Positions 9,189-19,495 of a stretch of DNA of 64,000 nucleotides are shown here, piece after piece. The notes under the pieces were generated by a model. The model saw nothing but the letters and a program-made list of their open reading frames with translations. It was not told where the DNA came from and made no database searches. The translations under genes were made by a program, and so were the position numbers. The DNA is from Acidobacteriota bacterium (GTDB lineage: Bacteria; Acidobacteriota; UBA6911; RPQK01; JADFOI01). The number at the start of each line of letters is the position of its first letter. The first letter of the stretch is position 1. Location of the stretch: NCBI GenBank assembly GCA_963663035.1, contig OY760074.1, positions 2,624,001 through 2,688,000 of the forward strand, in the 5' to 3' direction.

Positions 9189-9216
9189 GGGTAACATAAG
9201 ATTTATTATGTCAGGC
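9189..9216. other. dif-like recombination site (11-6-11)
   Basis: GGGTAACATAA-GATTTA-TTATGTCAGGC, compared with E. coli dif GGTGCGCATAA-TGTATA-TTATGTTAAAT; 24 bp upstream of the recombinase ATG. Confidence 0.7.
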
Positions 9217-9273
9217 AAAGCACACCCGTAGTGTCTTTTGCTATGATTGATTTCGCAAAAGGAGGCACGATTC

Positions 9274-9612
9274 ATGAAAAAACAATCCATTCTTTTTCTC
9301 TTTCTGATGGTCCCGCTGCTGGGAACTCTCCTGGTCAATCAGGCCCATGCTCAAAGCGCCCAGCGCACAGGAGAGGTCATCATTATCGATGCAGAGAAGA
9401 AATCCTTCGTGGTCAGGACTGCCCGGGGACGGACCAACATCCTGACGACTGACGAAACCGTCTTCAAGAAGGGGGAAGAGGAACTCGGGTTCGAAGACCT
9501 AACGGTTGGTACCAGCCTGCTCGTCATGGGTGTCCGCAGCGGCGCCGATGTGGAGGCTCGAGAGGTGACGGTGCAAGCCGAAGAGGCTGCCCCAGCCGAC
9601 GACAGGATGTGA
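9274..9612 (+). CDS. Small exported beta-rich protein (DUF5666/OB-like)
   Basis: AGGAGG RBS; signal peptide ending AHA. Confidence 0.7.
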   Translation: MKKQSILFLFLMVPLLGTLLVNQAHAQSAQRTGEVIIIDAEKKSFVVRTARGRTNILTTDETVFKKGEEELGFEDLTVGTSLLVMGVRSGADVEAREVTVQAEEAAPADDRM

Positions 9613-9661
9613 CAGCGGATTCCTTATACAGGAGTTGATCGAACGGGGGGGATGGAATCCG

Positions 9662-11128
9662 ATGCCTGTTTTTCTACTACTCTTCTTTCTGTTGCTTCTC
9701 AGTGGCTGTTCCAGTCCCACCCAACAGACCGTTGGCCAGGGCCAGTTGCCAGCGGGAAAGATCGTGCTGACGGGCGGAACGCTCATTGACGGGACCGGCA
9801 GAGGGCCGGTAGAGAACGCCACGGTGGTCATTGCTGGTAACAGGTTCGAAGTGATCCTGAGCGGCGATGGAAACCAATACGAGCTTGAACCCAACACCCG
9901 AGTGATTCAGGTTGAGGGAAAGTATCTGTTACCGGGTCTCATCGATGGGCATGTCCATTATCTGGGTTGGGCCGGTCCCTTATACTTGGCCCAGGGAGTC
10001 ACCTCGGTCCTCGACCTGGGAAACTATACTCCCTGGATCCTGGCCCAGAAGTTTGCTGTTGCCAATGATTTAGTGCCCGGACCCAGAATCTTCACCTCTG
10101 CCGGACAGATCGATAGTCCCCCCGGCACCTTCCCACACAGCGTCAACGCCGCCACCGAAGAGGAAGCCAGAGAGATCGTCAGAGCACACGCTGGCCGGGG
10201 TGCGGATTACATCAAAGCCTACACCATGATCCGGCCGGAACTCTTGGAAGCCATCATCGAGGAAGCCCGTGCTGCGGATCTTGTGGTGAGGGGACACATC
10301 ACCGTCAGCGCCCGAGAGGCTGCTCTCTTTGGCATCGCCAGTCTGGAGCACATGAGTGGCATTGCCATTGCCACCATAGATGATCCGGAGATCCTTCAGG
10401 AGATTGAGCAGAGAAGGACGGAGCCGGAATACGTCATGGAAACTGTTCGTGAACTGGCACCGCTCATGCAGCCCGAATTGTTCGATGACTTGATCGAACT
10501 CATGGTCAGGCAGGGAACCGCCCTTTCCCCCACCCTTGTCAGCTGGTGGATGGGAGTCCATCCCCACACCCGGGAATACGAAGAGCAGGACCAAGCTTTT
10601 CTCCAGGACCCCAGGCTGTCCTTTATCCCCGAAGTTTCTCGACAAAGCATCGTGGGGCGGTATTCTCGCGCCAGGAGCGATCGCTCAGACCCCAAGTTCG
10701 AGGTGGGCTATGCCAGGTCACAGGAGTTTATCAAGGCTTTTTTAGAGGCTGGCGGTACGGTGATCGCGTCTTCGGACACCACTTTGGGAGCCATGCCGGG
10801 TCTGGACCTTCACCGCGAGTTGGAGCTGCTGGTGGACTCCGGACTCTCGCCCCTGCAGGCATTGCAGGCCGTCACCAGAAATCCTGCCCAACTCATTGGT
10901 CAGGGTCACGAGCTGGGAACAATCGAATCAGGCAAACTGGCGGACCTCATTGTCCTGGGAGGCGATCCTCTCCAGGACATCCGCAATACGCAGATGATCG
11001 AGCTGGTCATCAAGGACGGTGAAGTCCTGGACATCGAATTGGACGCCCAGTTCCAGGATCTAATCCCTCGTCCCCTTCCCGCAGACTATCTCAGCCGTTT
11101 TAGCACAGATGAGCAGACCGTTCCCTAG
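9662..11128 (+). CDS. Amidohydrolase family lipoprotein
   Basis: LLSGC lipobox, PGLIDGHVH, SLEH, ASSD, GKLADLIVL. Confidence 0.9.
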   Translation: MPVFLLLFFLLLLSGCSSPTQQTVGQGQLPAGKIVLTGGTLIDGTGRGPVENATVVIAGNRFEVILSGDGNQYELEPNTRVIQVEGKYLLPGLIDGHVHYLGWAGPLYLAQGVTSVLDLGNYTPWILAQKFAVANDLVPGPRIFTSAGQIDSPPGTFPHSVNAATEEEAREIVRAHAGRGADYIKAYTMIRPELLEAIIEEARAADLVVRGHITVSAREAALFGIASLEHMSGIAIATIDDPEILQEIEQRRTEPEYVMETVRELAPLMQPELFDDLIELMVRQGTALSPTLVSWWMGVHPHTREYEEQDQAFLQDPRLSFIPEVSRQSIVGRYSRARSDRSDPKFEVGYARSQEFIKAFLEAGGTVIASSDTTLGAMPGLDLHRELELLVDSGLSPLQALQAVTRNPAQLIGQGHELGTIESGKLADLIVLGGDPLQDIRNTQMIELVIKDGEVLDIELDAQFQDLIPRPLPADYLSRFSTDEQTVP

Positions 11129-11134
11129 CGAGCC

Positions 11135-11479
11135 CTAGTGCTCGTGGGTCAGGGAAACGGAGCTGACTTTGATGGTCTGGGTATCCGGATTGAGCTCGCC
11201 CTTTACCACCACTGGGTGACCCAGAAATTGTTGAGCTTCAGTGCCATCAATCTCCAGGATAAAGGCGCCATCTTCCACCGACAGGGCCCACTCGGCCCCA
11301 CCCTTCAGGCACATGTTGAGACAGGCAACATGGTCTTCAGTGGCGGACTTGGCGTGATCAGCAGCACAGTGGGAATCTGAAAGCCAACCCGTCCAGCTTC
11401 CTTCGTCAGCGGCCATAGCAGAGCTGGTGAAACCCAGCAGCATAACCGCGACCAGGGTCAAAAAAAGTGATCTATACAT
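11135..11479 (-). CDS. Small exported Cys/His-containing protein
   Basis: Signal peptide (AMA), SDSHCA...HVACLNMC; GGAGG RBS. Confidence 0.75.
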   Translation of the reverse strand: MYRSLFLTLVAVMLLGFTSSAMAADEGSWTGWLSDSHCAADHAKSATEDHVACLNMCLKGGAEWALSVEDGAFILEIDGTEAQQFLGHPVVVKGELNPDTQTIKVSSVSLTHEH

Positions 11480-11668
11480 AGTTCTCTACCTCCAATTCTG
11501 GTTAGAATATCTGCTCCGCGACAGCACGTCAACTTCACCCCATTTCTTGACCCTCTGGCCTCTAAAACTTACAATTGCATTCCATAAAGCAGCTTCCAAT
11601 CGTCACGGTTTTCTAAGGGAAGGAGAGTGAGTCCAACTTCGTTGGAACCCACGATGTCTTCGTAGCTC

Positions 11669-14068
11669 ATGGGAATTTCCCGGAAACACGTCTCTGGCCT
11701 CCACGGACTGAGAAGGGGCATCCTCCTCGTTGGCTTCCTCACCACCTTCACCACTCTCTTCAGTCAGGAATCCCCGCCCCAGGGCAAAGTGGTGAGCGCC
11801 CACTATACTGAGTCCTTCATTTCCATCGACGGCAGCTTGTCCGAAGCCGCCTGGGCGACAGCCCCGCCCGTCAGAGGCTTTATTCAAACGGATCCATCGG
11901 AAGGAAAACCCGCCACGGAATGGACCGAGGTGAAGGTTCTCTACGATGACAAGAACCTCTATATCAGCGCCTATTGCCACGATCGACAGCCCAAGGACAT
12001 CGTCGTCCACGATATCACCAGAGACTTTGAATGGTTAGAGGAGTTAGAGGAGGATGAGATCGACTACCAAGTCGTGAATAACTGGCTAAACCAGGATCTC
12101 TTCGGTTTCCAACTGGACACCTTCAACGATGACCGAAACGGCTTCGTGATGGCCACCAGCCCCGAGGGGGGACAACGGGATGTTCAATTTTTTAACGAAG
12201 GCCGAAATGTGAACTTTGCCTGGGTAGGAGTCTGGCAGGTCGAAGTGCAAATGCACGACGATGGCTGGACAGCAGAATTCGCTATTCCTTTCGAGACTTT
12301 GAGCTTCAGTAAAGAGGATTTCCAGGTCTGGGGAATCAACTTCTTCCGGCTGCTCCGACGCAGAAATGAGTTAACCTGGTGGTCACCTGTTCCGCGCCGA
12401 TACGGCTTCTTCCAGGTCTCCCGCGCCGGCGAGTTGAGAGCCCTGGAAAGAGTCGACCAGGGTGCCCAACCACCCAGCGATGAGTCCTCGCGGGGGGCAG
12501 CCTCTCAGTGGCAATCCAGTAACTTCCGGATCTCCCCGGCTGGCTTCTTGACCGTCCTGCAAGGGCAAGGACGGGGAGGAGGAGGGCGAGCAGACAGTGA
12601 ACAGGACAGCGGACGCCTGAAGCTCAAACTCTATTCCCTGGCAGGCATGGAACAGTTCCGCTCCCGAGGGCTGCAAACCCAGGAGGTCTTCGATGGGGGC
12701 GTGGATATCAAATACGGCTTGACCTCGGGCCTGACTCTGGACTTGACCTTCAACCCCGATTTTGCCTTCGTAGAGGTGGACGTCAAAAAGAAGGCCAACT
12801 TGACCAAGTTCCCCACCTCTTTCCCTGAAAAACGCGACTTTTTTCGTGAAAATGCCGGGCTCTTTCAATTGGGGGAGACCTACCGCCTGGGGCCTCGCAG
12901 GAAGAAGGAGGCCACTCTTTTCAGAAGCAGGCAGATCGGGCTCTCAGATAGAGGCGCACCCATTCCCATCTGGGGTGGTGCGCGGCTGACTGGCCGGGTT
13001 GGGCCCTACTACCTGGGTTTCATGACCGTTCAGACCAGGTCTGAGGATGATTTACCAGGGGACAACTTCACCGTGGCACGGTTCAAGCGAGACTTTCTGG
13101 CCAACTCCGACATCGGTGTGCTGTTAATCAATCGCCAATCGGAGCACCCCAGCGACTATCACCGAACCTATGCCACCGATGTCAATTTCCAGTTCTTCAA
13201 AGACCTGAAATTTAACGCCGTCCTGGCCAAAACCGAAAACCCCAACAGCAGCGGTCAAAATGGGATGGCCACGGCGGAGATGAAATGGCAGAGTAATCTC
13301 TTCCGTGTTCTGGGGGCCTATTCGGAGATTCAGGAAAATTTCGACCCCCAACTGGGATCGGCCAAACGCACCGGGAGGAGGATCGTTCACGCCGAAATGG
13401 GGCTCAGTGCCCGTCTCCAGGAAGAGAGGAACCTGGGATCCCTCATTCGAGATATTTTCCCCCTGCTCATCTCCGATTTCGTGACCCTTCCCAACGGCGA
13501 GACCGAGGTCAAGTTATTGCGTCCCCAGGTGGAGGTCAAATTTCAAGATGGCGGCGGCTTTGTAACCCAGTACATTCAGAACTACAAGCGGGCAGAGAGG
13601 AGGCCCTGCTCCATTTCGCTGTCCCGAGGAGATTACAGGTTCAATGAAGTCCAGGTCCGATATTTCTCCGACAAGAGTAAGGTCCTTTCCTTCGACGCCC
13701 GATTCAAGAAGTGCGACGTCTTTATGCTCGAGAAAAAGACATTCACACTGGCAGGAAAAGTCCAACCCAGTTCCCGCTTTAACATCAGCGGGGACTACGT
13801 GAGAAACCAATTCCAATTGCAGGACGGAGGCCTGGCCACCTATGAGGTGGGCTTTAACATAAAGTACACCTTCACTCCCAAGATGTTTTTGAATGCTGCG
13901 ATCCGCTACAACAATGACAAAAGCCAGGTCGACTCCCACATCCGATTCCGCCTGATCCACCGGACCTCGAGCGATCTGTTTTTTGTCTACAACCAACAGC
14001 GGGATATCGAAGACGAGAGGACCGATCGAGTCCTGGCTCTCAAGTACACCTACCTCTTGGTTTTTTAA
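11669..14068 (+). CDS. CBM9-like + DUF5916 outer-membrane protein
   Basis: IDGSLSEAAW, GWTAEFAIPF, LTFNPDF, FPEKRDFF; C-terminal Phe; paralogue at 49695. Confidence 0.8.
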   Translation: MGISRKHVSGLHGLRRGILLVGFLTTFTTLFSQESPPQGKVVSAHYTESFISIDGSLSEAAWATAPPVRGFIQTDPSEGKPATEWTEVKVLYDDKNLYISAYCHDRQPKDIVVHDITRDFEWLEELEEDEIDYQVVNNWLNQDLFGFQLDTFNDDRNGFVMATSPEGGQRDVQFFNEGRNVNFAWVGVWQVEVQMHDDGWTAEFAIPFETLSFSKEDFQVWGINFFRLLRRRNELTWWSPVPRRYGFFQVSRAGELRALERVDQGAQPPSDESSRGAASQWQSSNFRISPAGFLTVLQGQGRGGGGRADSEQDSGRLKLKLYSLAGMEQFRSRGLQTQEVFDGGVDIKYGLTSGLTLDLTFNPDFAFVEVDVKKKANLTKFPTSFPEKRDFFRENAGLFQLGETYRLGPRRKKEATLFRSRQIGLSDRGAPIPIWGGARLTGRVGPYYLGFMTVQTRSEDDLPGDNFTVARFKRDFLANSDIGVLLINRQSEHPSDYHRTYATDVNFQFFKDLKFNAVLAKTENPNSSGQNGMATAEMKWQSNLFRVLGAYSEIQENFDPQLGSAKRTGRRIVHAEMGLSARLQEERNLGSLIRDIFPLLISDFVTLPNGETEVKLLRPQVEVKFQDGGGFVTQYIQNYKRAERRPCSISLSRGDYRFNEVQVRYFSDKSKVLSFDARFKKCDVFMLEKKTFTLAGKVQPSSRFNISGDYVRNQFQLQDGGLATYEVGFNIKYTFTPKMFLNAAIRYNNDKSQVDSHIRFRLIHRTSSDLFFVYNQQRDIEDERTDRVLALKYTYLLVF

Positions 14069-14327
14069 AACCCGGACTATGCATAGGTTCTCGTCACGAA
14101 GCGGCGAAAGCGCCGAAAAACAGAGCCGTGGGCTTTAGCCCACGGGCCCGCAGGCTAAAGCCTGCGGCTCCGACTGGCGCGCGAGGGGTACCCGCCACGG
14201 GTCGCCCCCCGCAAACGTACTCTTGAGTACGTTGAGGAGCCGAGGGGTACCCGCTTGCGGGTCGTGCAACGCAGTCAGGGTGGATGATTTCGGCGCTGCA
14301 GTAGAGAATTTATGCATAGTCCGGGTT
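14069..14327. mobile_element. MITE family A, copy 2 (longest; nested REP doublet)
   Basis: Perfect 17-bp TIR AACCCGGACTATGCATA / TATGCATAGTCCGGGTT. Confidence 0.85.
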
Positions 14328-15664
14328 AAGGTTACCTCGGACGGTTACCCCAGCCGTTCCAGCAAATGGTCGGTCACACGCAGGGCATTGGCCATAATGG
14401 TTAGGGCCGGGTTCACGGCTGAACTGGAGACAAAGAAACTCCCATCCACAACGTACAGGTTGTCCAGATCATGAGCTTTGCAATTCAGATCCAGAGCTGA
14501 AGTCTTCGGATCGGGACCGAAGCGGATGGTGCCATTCTGGTGCGCTGTACCAGCCAGGGGAATCTTCTTGCCCAGATAAAGAGCAGTGGGAATCAGGTGA
14601 CTCTCGCAATTGATCTCCTTGAGCATACCCTTGAGTTTGGCAACCAGGCGCTTATGCCCCTCCTCGTAATTTTCCTTATAGCGCAGCACGATCTCCCCTT
14701 GAGAGTTGAGGCTCACACGATTCTCCGGATCCGGCAGGTCTTCTGAAGTGATCCAGAAATCAAGCGCATGTCGGGCCATTAAATCGAGTGTCATCCCGGG
14801 CACCAGCGGCGGTGCTTCAGCTTTGAGCATCTCGCCATTGGACTTTCCCAGCATCTGCAGATGGCCCAACGGATACTCAAAGTCGTCCGATCCAAAGTAG
14901 TAATCATTCAGGCCGATCGTCTTTTGAAAGATGGTGGGATTGGGTCTTTTTGAAATAGCCAGAAAGGCTGAATTGTTGTGGGCCATATAGTGCCTGCCGA
15001 CCATGTCAGAACTGTTGGCCAGGCCATTGGGATGCTGATCGTTGGCCGAGCGCAGCAGCAGTGCGGCGGAATTGACGGCACCACAGGCCACCACCACGAT
15101 ATCCGCTGAGAAGGCTTGGCTTCCGCCCTCGCCTTGGGCGACGACCTTGGCGACCTCACGCCCCGAGGGGTTGGTTTCCAGGCGAATAACCTTGGTGTGG
15201 GTGAGAAGGGTGACGTTTTCGTGTTGTAGAGCCGGCTCGACACACAGGACGTGTGCGTCGGATTTGGCGTGAATCAGGCAAGGGAATCCGTCGCAGGTAT
15301 CGCATCGGATACAGCGGCTCTTCTGGGGATCGGCCTCATCCAGCATGATCCCCACCGGCAGAGGAAATGGGGTGTGACCGATGCGTCTCAAATCATCCGC
15401 CAGCTCCTGAATGCGCGGCTCGTGACTCACAGCCGGATAAGGATAGGGTTTACCTGCGGGCGGCTCCGTGGGATCGCTCCCGCGCTCCCCGTGCACTTGA
15501 TAGAGCTGCTCGGCCCGGGTGTAGTAGGGCTCGAAGTCTTCATAGCTCAGCGGCCAGGCGGGAGAAAGCCCCCCGTGGTGCTGGATCTCCCCGAAATCTT
15601 CCTTGCGCAAACGAAACAAAACGGCACCATACACCTGACCTGCCCCCACGAACGAGTCCACCCT

Positions 15665-16561
15665 CTATGCTAGACCCGGGACCATTTGAAGTCCACTCCA
15701 AGGGATTGGATCCAGTGCCTGCGACCTAGGTAGTTTGGCCTCTGGCGCCGGCGGCCGATAGGCCAAGGCGCTGTGAGGCCGGATCTGATTGTAATCCCTC
15801 CGCCAGCGTTCTACCAACACCTTGGCTTCCCCCAGCGTGTCGAAGATCTCCATGTTCAGCAGCTCATCCCGTAGTTTCCCGTTGAAACTCTCAATGTACC
15901 CATTCTCCCAGGGGCTGCCCGGCTCGATGTACAAGGTCCTTACCCCAACAGCCTGCAGCCAGTCCCGGACCGCCTGTGCCGTAAACTCCGATCCGTTATC
16001 GGACCGGATAAACTCAGGCACTCCCCGATCAACGAATAACTCCGCCAGCCGGTCCAACACGTCTTGGTGATTCATCTGCCGTTTCACATCAATGGCGAGG
16101 CACTCTCTGGTGTACTCATCCAGGATCGTCAATAGCCGAAAGGCTCGCCCATCATGGGTCCGTTCATGCACGAAATCATAGCTCCAGACGTGGTTCTTGC
16201 GAGCCGCTCGTAACCGAACACAGGAACCGTCATTAAGCCACAGCCTCCTTCGTTTCGGCTGTCTGGACGGGACTTTCAGCCCTTCTTGTCTCCACAGCCT
16301 CTCCATCCGCTTAGGATTCCCCTTCCACCCTTCCCCATGAAGTATCGCCGTGACCCGCCGGTAGCCATAACGCCCGTATTGCGTAGCCAACTCCACCATC
16401 CGGGCCACCAATCGGGCCTCATCATCGGGAATTTGCCTTTCCCTTCGCTGGGTCGATCGAACCTGTCCCAGCACTTGGCAGGCCCGACGTTCGGAGACTC
16501 GCTCTGCTCCTAATCGCTCTCGTACCCACATCACCGCTCGTCTCCTGTTCGCCGGGCCTAG
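15665..16561 (-). CDS. IS3 transposase OrfB (DDE integrase core), expressed via frameshift
   Basis: [30 protein letters not shown] motifs. Confidence 0.92.
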   Translation of the reverse strand, partial: LGPANRRRAVMWVRERLGAERVSERRACQVLGQVRSTQRRERQIPDDEARLVARMVELATQYGRYGYRRVTAILHGEGWKGNPKRMERLWRQEGLKVPSRQPKRRRLWLNDGSCVRLRAARKNHVWSYDFVHERTHDGRAFRLLTILDEYTRECLAIDVKRQMNHQDVLDRLAELFVDRGVPEFIRSDNGSEFTAQAVRDWLQAVGVRTLYIEPGSPWENGYIESFNGKLRDELLNMEIFDTLGEAKVLVERWRRDYNQIRPHSALAYRPPAPEAKLPRSQALDPIPWSGLQMVPGLA

Positions 16562-16836
16562 AAGTTTCCCGAGGACACTTCCTTCAGGATCTGCTTGTCC
16601 AAAGACAGATCCGCCACCAGCTTCTTCAACCGGGTATTCTCCTTCTCCAACACCTTCAACCTCTTGGCCTGGTCCAACCGGAGCCCTCCGTACTCTTTGC
16701 GCCACCGGTAGTAGGTCTGCTCGCTCACCCCCATCTGCTTCGACACCTGTCCCACCCTCTGTCCTTGGGCCAGACCCACCTCTGCCTCACGCAGCTTCAT
16801 GATGATCTGTTCTGCCCTAAACCGCTTCCCTGCCAT
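16558..16836 (-). CDS. IS3 transposase OrfA (HTH)
   Basis: [16 protein letters not shown]...[18 protein letters not shown]; ends at GGGAAAC putative -1 frameshift site. Confidence 0.92.
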   Translation of the reverse strand: MAGKRFRAEQIIMKLREAEVGLAQGQRVGQVSKQMGVSEQTYYRWRKEYGGLRLDQAKRLKVLEKENTRLKKLVADLSLDKQILKEVSSGNF

Positions 16837-17171
16837 CCTTGCCTCCTTCCTAAACCGGAAATCCTAACATTCAAACTGGACTCGTTTTAGGGGGCAAGGT
16901 CACACCTTGGTATTGCCACCCACGTAGTAATGGATCCCGGGATGAAATTCCTTGCCATCCTTGTCGTACCAGGTCTCCTGGGCCTTATACTTGGACTGGG
17001 TGAAAACAGCACGAGTTTCCCAGTTGTCTTTCTCCCGTGGCAGGTATCCCCCACGCTCCAGCAGCAAAATGCGCTTGCCCGAGGGGGCCAGAGCGTGAGC
17101 CAGTGTTCCTCCCCCTGCACCGCTGCCAATGATGATCAGATCATAGTGGTTGTTTTCAGGCATTTTTTCCT

Positions 17172-18077
17172 CTAGTGGATCGCCACCGGCGACACCCAGG
17201 CTCCTGTTGCGCCTCGCACTTTGGCATGGGTGAGAATAAACAGAAACTCGTACACGCCCGCCTTGGCCAGCTCTTGAGTAAAGAGATTTTCTACGATGAA
17301 CAGCCCATGACGCACATTGAGTGTCTGGGGCACCTCAAAGGGTCGGGCCGGATCCTCCCCGGGCACCGGACCAAAGCTCCAGGTGTCACAGCCCGTGAGG
17401 GCCACCTTCTTCTCCACCAGCCACAGGGCCAGTTCCAACCCAGGCCCCGGCTCACCTGACAGGTAGGTCTCGCTGTCCTCCATCCACAAATTCCCCCAGC
17501 CCGTGTGAAAGAGAAGCGCATCGCCCTTCCTGATTTGCACCGCTTGCTGCTCGAGAGCTTGGGTCACATCCGAGACCGGGATGGCATAGCCCGCTTCCAA
17601 ACGTTCCACCCCATGCAACTTGGCGACATCGACCAGGACTCCTCGGGAGATGATCTGGGGAACGGTTTCCACCCCAAGTTGGTTAGTGCCCCACTCTTCG
17701 GCAATGTCGGTGAGGCGGTGACCGTTGTAGAGGCGATCACCGATTTGAAGGTGGTTGAGGGCATCCAGGTGAGTACCCAGCTGCGAGGTGCTGGAGAAGA
17801 TTTCGATGATCCAGTTGACGTCGTTCTCTCCCCAACCTGCCGACCCAGCATCAGGACGGCGCCGGTTCAAAAGATGGGCGCTGGTGATGAGGCTTTGGCG
17901 AAAGCTTCGGCCTGCAAAAGCAGGGACGTCTTGATCCAGAACACGTCCCAGGTCGAAAACCCGACCCTCCTGGACCAGGCGAGCGGCCTCCACCACCTGC
18001 TGAGGAGTGATTTCATTGAGCATTCCGATTTGGTCCTCTGCCCCGTAAGGAGAGAGCCACCAAACGTCTTGGGTCAT
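17172..18077 (-). CDS. Cyclase family protein (kynurenine formamidase-like metal hydrolase)
   Basis: QLGTHLDALNH, RGVLVD, GDALLFHTGW, IVENL. Confidence 0.85.
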   Translation of the reverse strand: MTQDVWWLSPYGAEDQIGMLNEITPQQVVEAARLVQEGRVFDLGRVLDQDVPAFAGRSFRQSLITSAHLLNRRRPDAGSAGWGENDVNWIIEIFSSTSQLGTHLDALNHLQIGDRLYNGHRLTDIAEEWGTNQLGVETVPQIISRGVLVDVAKLHGVERLEAGYAIPVSDVTQALEQQAVQIRKGDALLFHTGWGNLWMEDSETYLSGEPGPGLELALWLVEKKVALTGCDTWSFGPVPGEDPARPFEVPQTLNVRHGLFIVENLFTQELAKAGVYEFLFILTHAKVRGATGAWVSPVAIH

Positions 18078-19273
18078 ACTGCCTCCTGGGCTGCCTGAAT
18101 TGACTTCTTGGTTCGGGTCAAATACACAACGATGGCGGCCATACAAAGAGCATAGAGGCTGGAGAGTCGGAAGATCAGCGGGAGACCCATCATCTCGCGG
18201 ACAAAGCCCACCAGGGTGGCGCTAAAGCCAATGCCCAGCATGAGCGCAGCCACCAGGGTGCCGGACACCGCCGTGGTTAATTCGGGCTCCTCAGCCGAAG
18301 CCAGGCTCACAGAGAGGGGAAAGAAGAAAGAGAGCGCCAGACCCGCCAGGGCCATTCCCAGCATACTGGGCAAGAAGCCGGCAACAGAGGGCAGAGCCAG
18401 GAAGGCAACGACCACCACAAAAGGAGACACCACATGCAACGCCTGCGGTCTGAACCAGATCGCCATCAACACAAACAGCGCGCGGCCGGCGGTGACCATA
18501 CCCCAAAAGACGGACAGCGCCACAGCCGCCTCGCTCATGCTCAGCCCGGCATCCTGCTCCAGGTAAATGGGACTCCAGTTGCCAAAGGTGGCTTCACACA
18601 CACCGTAGAGAAATACCACAGCTGCATACAGCCAGATCCGCCCGGGCAGTGGACCTCTTCTGACTCTCTCAGCCGGGGCCACCCTTTCCCTGGACAGTTC
18701 CATGGGGAGTCCCCATTGAAACGCCATCATCAGCACCAGGGCCACGCCTATCGCCAGCGGCGCTCCCCACCAAAAACCCAGACTGAGAAAGAGCCCTAAA
18801 ATCAGGGAGGAACCGACCTGACCCAGGCCAGTCAGGACGTGCAACCCGGTAATGGCGGCGTCGGCTCGATCCTGGAAAAGATCAAAGGCGTAAGCATTCA
18901 GGGAACTGATGGTGAAACCGAATCCTGCCCCTACCGCAGCTGTCGCCGCCAGTAAGAGCAGAAAAGCCAGGCTGCCCAGACCAATCAACCAGTGACTGGC
19001 TGCCAGTAAAACCATGGCCAGGAGGTTGGCCGTCAAGCCCAACCACAATACCCGCTTCATCCCATAGTCGGTGGCACAACGAGCCGCCAGGGCCGAGGCC
19101 GCTATGGCGGTAATGATCTGGGGTGTGAAAAGCAAACCGAACTGGCTGCTGCTCAGAGCGTGAAAACTGGGATGGGTAAAGAGAGGACCAGAGGCGGGAA
19201 AGAGAATGAGAGCAACACCCTGCAGAAATCCACTGAGGTAAACAGCCGCTACGGTCTTTTTTTTCTGGGTCAC
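18074..19273 (-). CDS. MFS transporter (FucP/sugar permease-like)
   Basis: About 12 TM segments; FLYGVCE..FGNW motif. Confidence 0.85.
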   Translation of the reverse strand: MTQKKKTVAAVYLSGFLQGVALILFPASGPLFTHPSFHALSSSQFGLLFTPQIITAIAASALAARCATDYGMKRVLWLGLTANLLAMVLLAASHWLIGLGSLAFLLLLAATAAVGAGFGFTISSLNAYAFDLFQDRADAAITGLHVLTGLGQVGSSLILGLFLSLGFWWGAPLAIGVALVLMMAFQWGLPMELSRERVAPAERVRRGPLPGRIWLYAAVVFLYGVCEATFGNWSPIYLEQDAGLSMSEAAVALSVFWGMVTAGRALFVLMAIWFRPQALHVVSPFVVVVAFLALPSVAGFLPSMLGMALAGLALSFFFPLSVSLASAEEPELTTAVSGTLVAALMLGIGFSATLVGFVREMMGLPLIFRLSSLYALCMAAIVVYLTRTKKSIQAAQEAV

Positions 19274-19396
19274 ACCGCCAAACTGTTCCTTTGGTCCGGA
19301 TTAGTCATAAATGCCACAGGTTTTAGAGACTGTCGTAAAACTTGTAGCGGCCATTCTGTGAACGGCTCGAAATGACGCCTTGCAGCACCGGAGCCT

Positions 19397-19471
19397 GGCT
19401 CGTGGGCTAAAGCCCACGGCTCTGTTTGAGACTCGTCAGTTCCGTCAGAGCCGCAGGCTAGCCTACGGGCC
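19397..19471. repeat. REP-like hairpin doublet (degenerate, inverted relative to 7301)
   Basis: CGTGGGCTAAAGCCCACGGCTCTGTTTGAGA...CCGTCAGAGCCGCAGGCTAGCCT. Confidence 0.8.
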
Positions 19472-19495
19472 GGCGACAATCAAAGAGCACCGCCC

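Larger units (their letters stand above)
15636..16902 (-). mobile_element. IS3-family insertion sequence (IS407-like), copy 1, 1267 bp
   Basis: TG...CA ends, imperfect IRs TGACCTGCCCCC / GGGGGCAAGGTCA, 4-bp target duplication CACC. Confidence 0.95.
14345..17163 (-). pseudogene. GMC family oxidoreductase interrupted by IS3
   Basis: N-part 16903-17163 (IIGSGAGGG...GGNTKV) joins YGAVLFR...AHQNGT...NPALT (14345-15631) once the IS and one CACC copy are removed. Confidence 0.93.

Noticed and set aside
14135-14474. Short ORFs inside MITEs (also 24598-24934, 26371-26673)
   Set aside because: They lie within non-coding repeat elements and show no protein motifs.
16562-16705. N-terminal extension of the 346-aa IS ORF (also 56694-56837)
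   Set aside because: Overlaps orfA in another frame; OrfB is normally reached by -1 frameshift.
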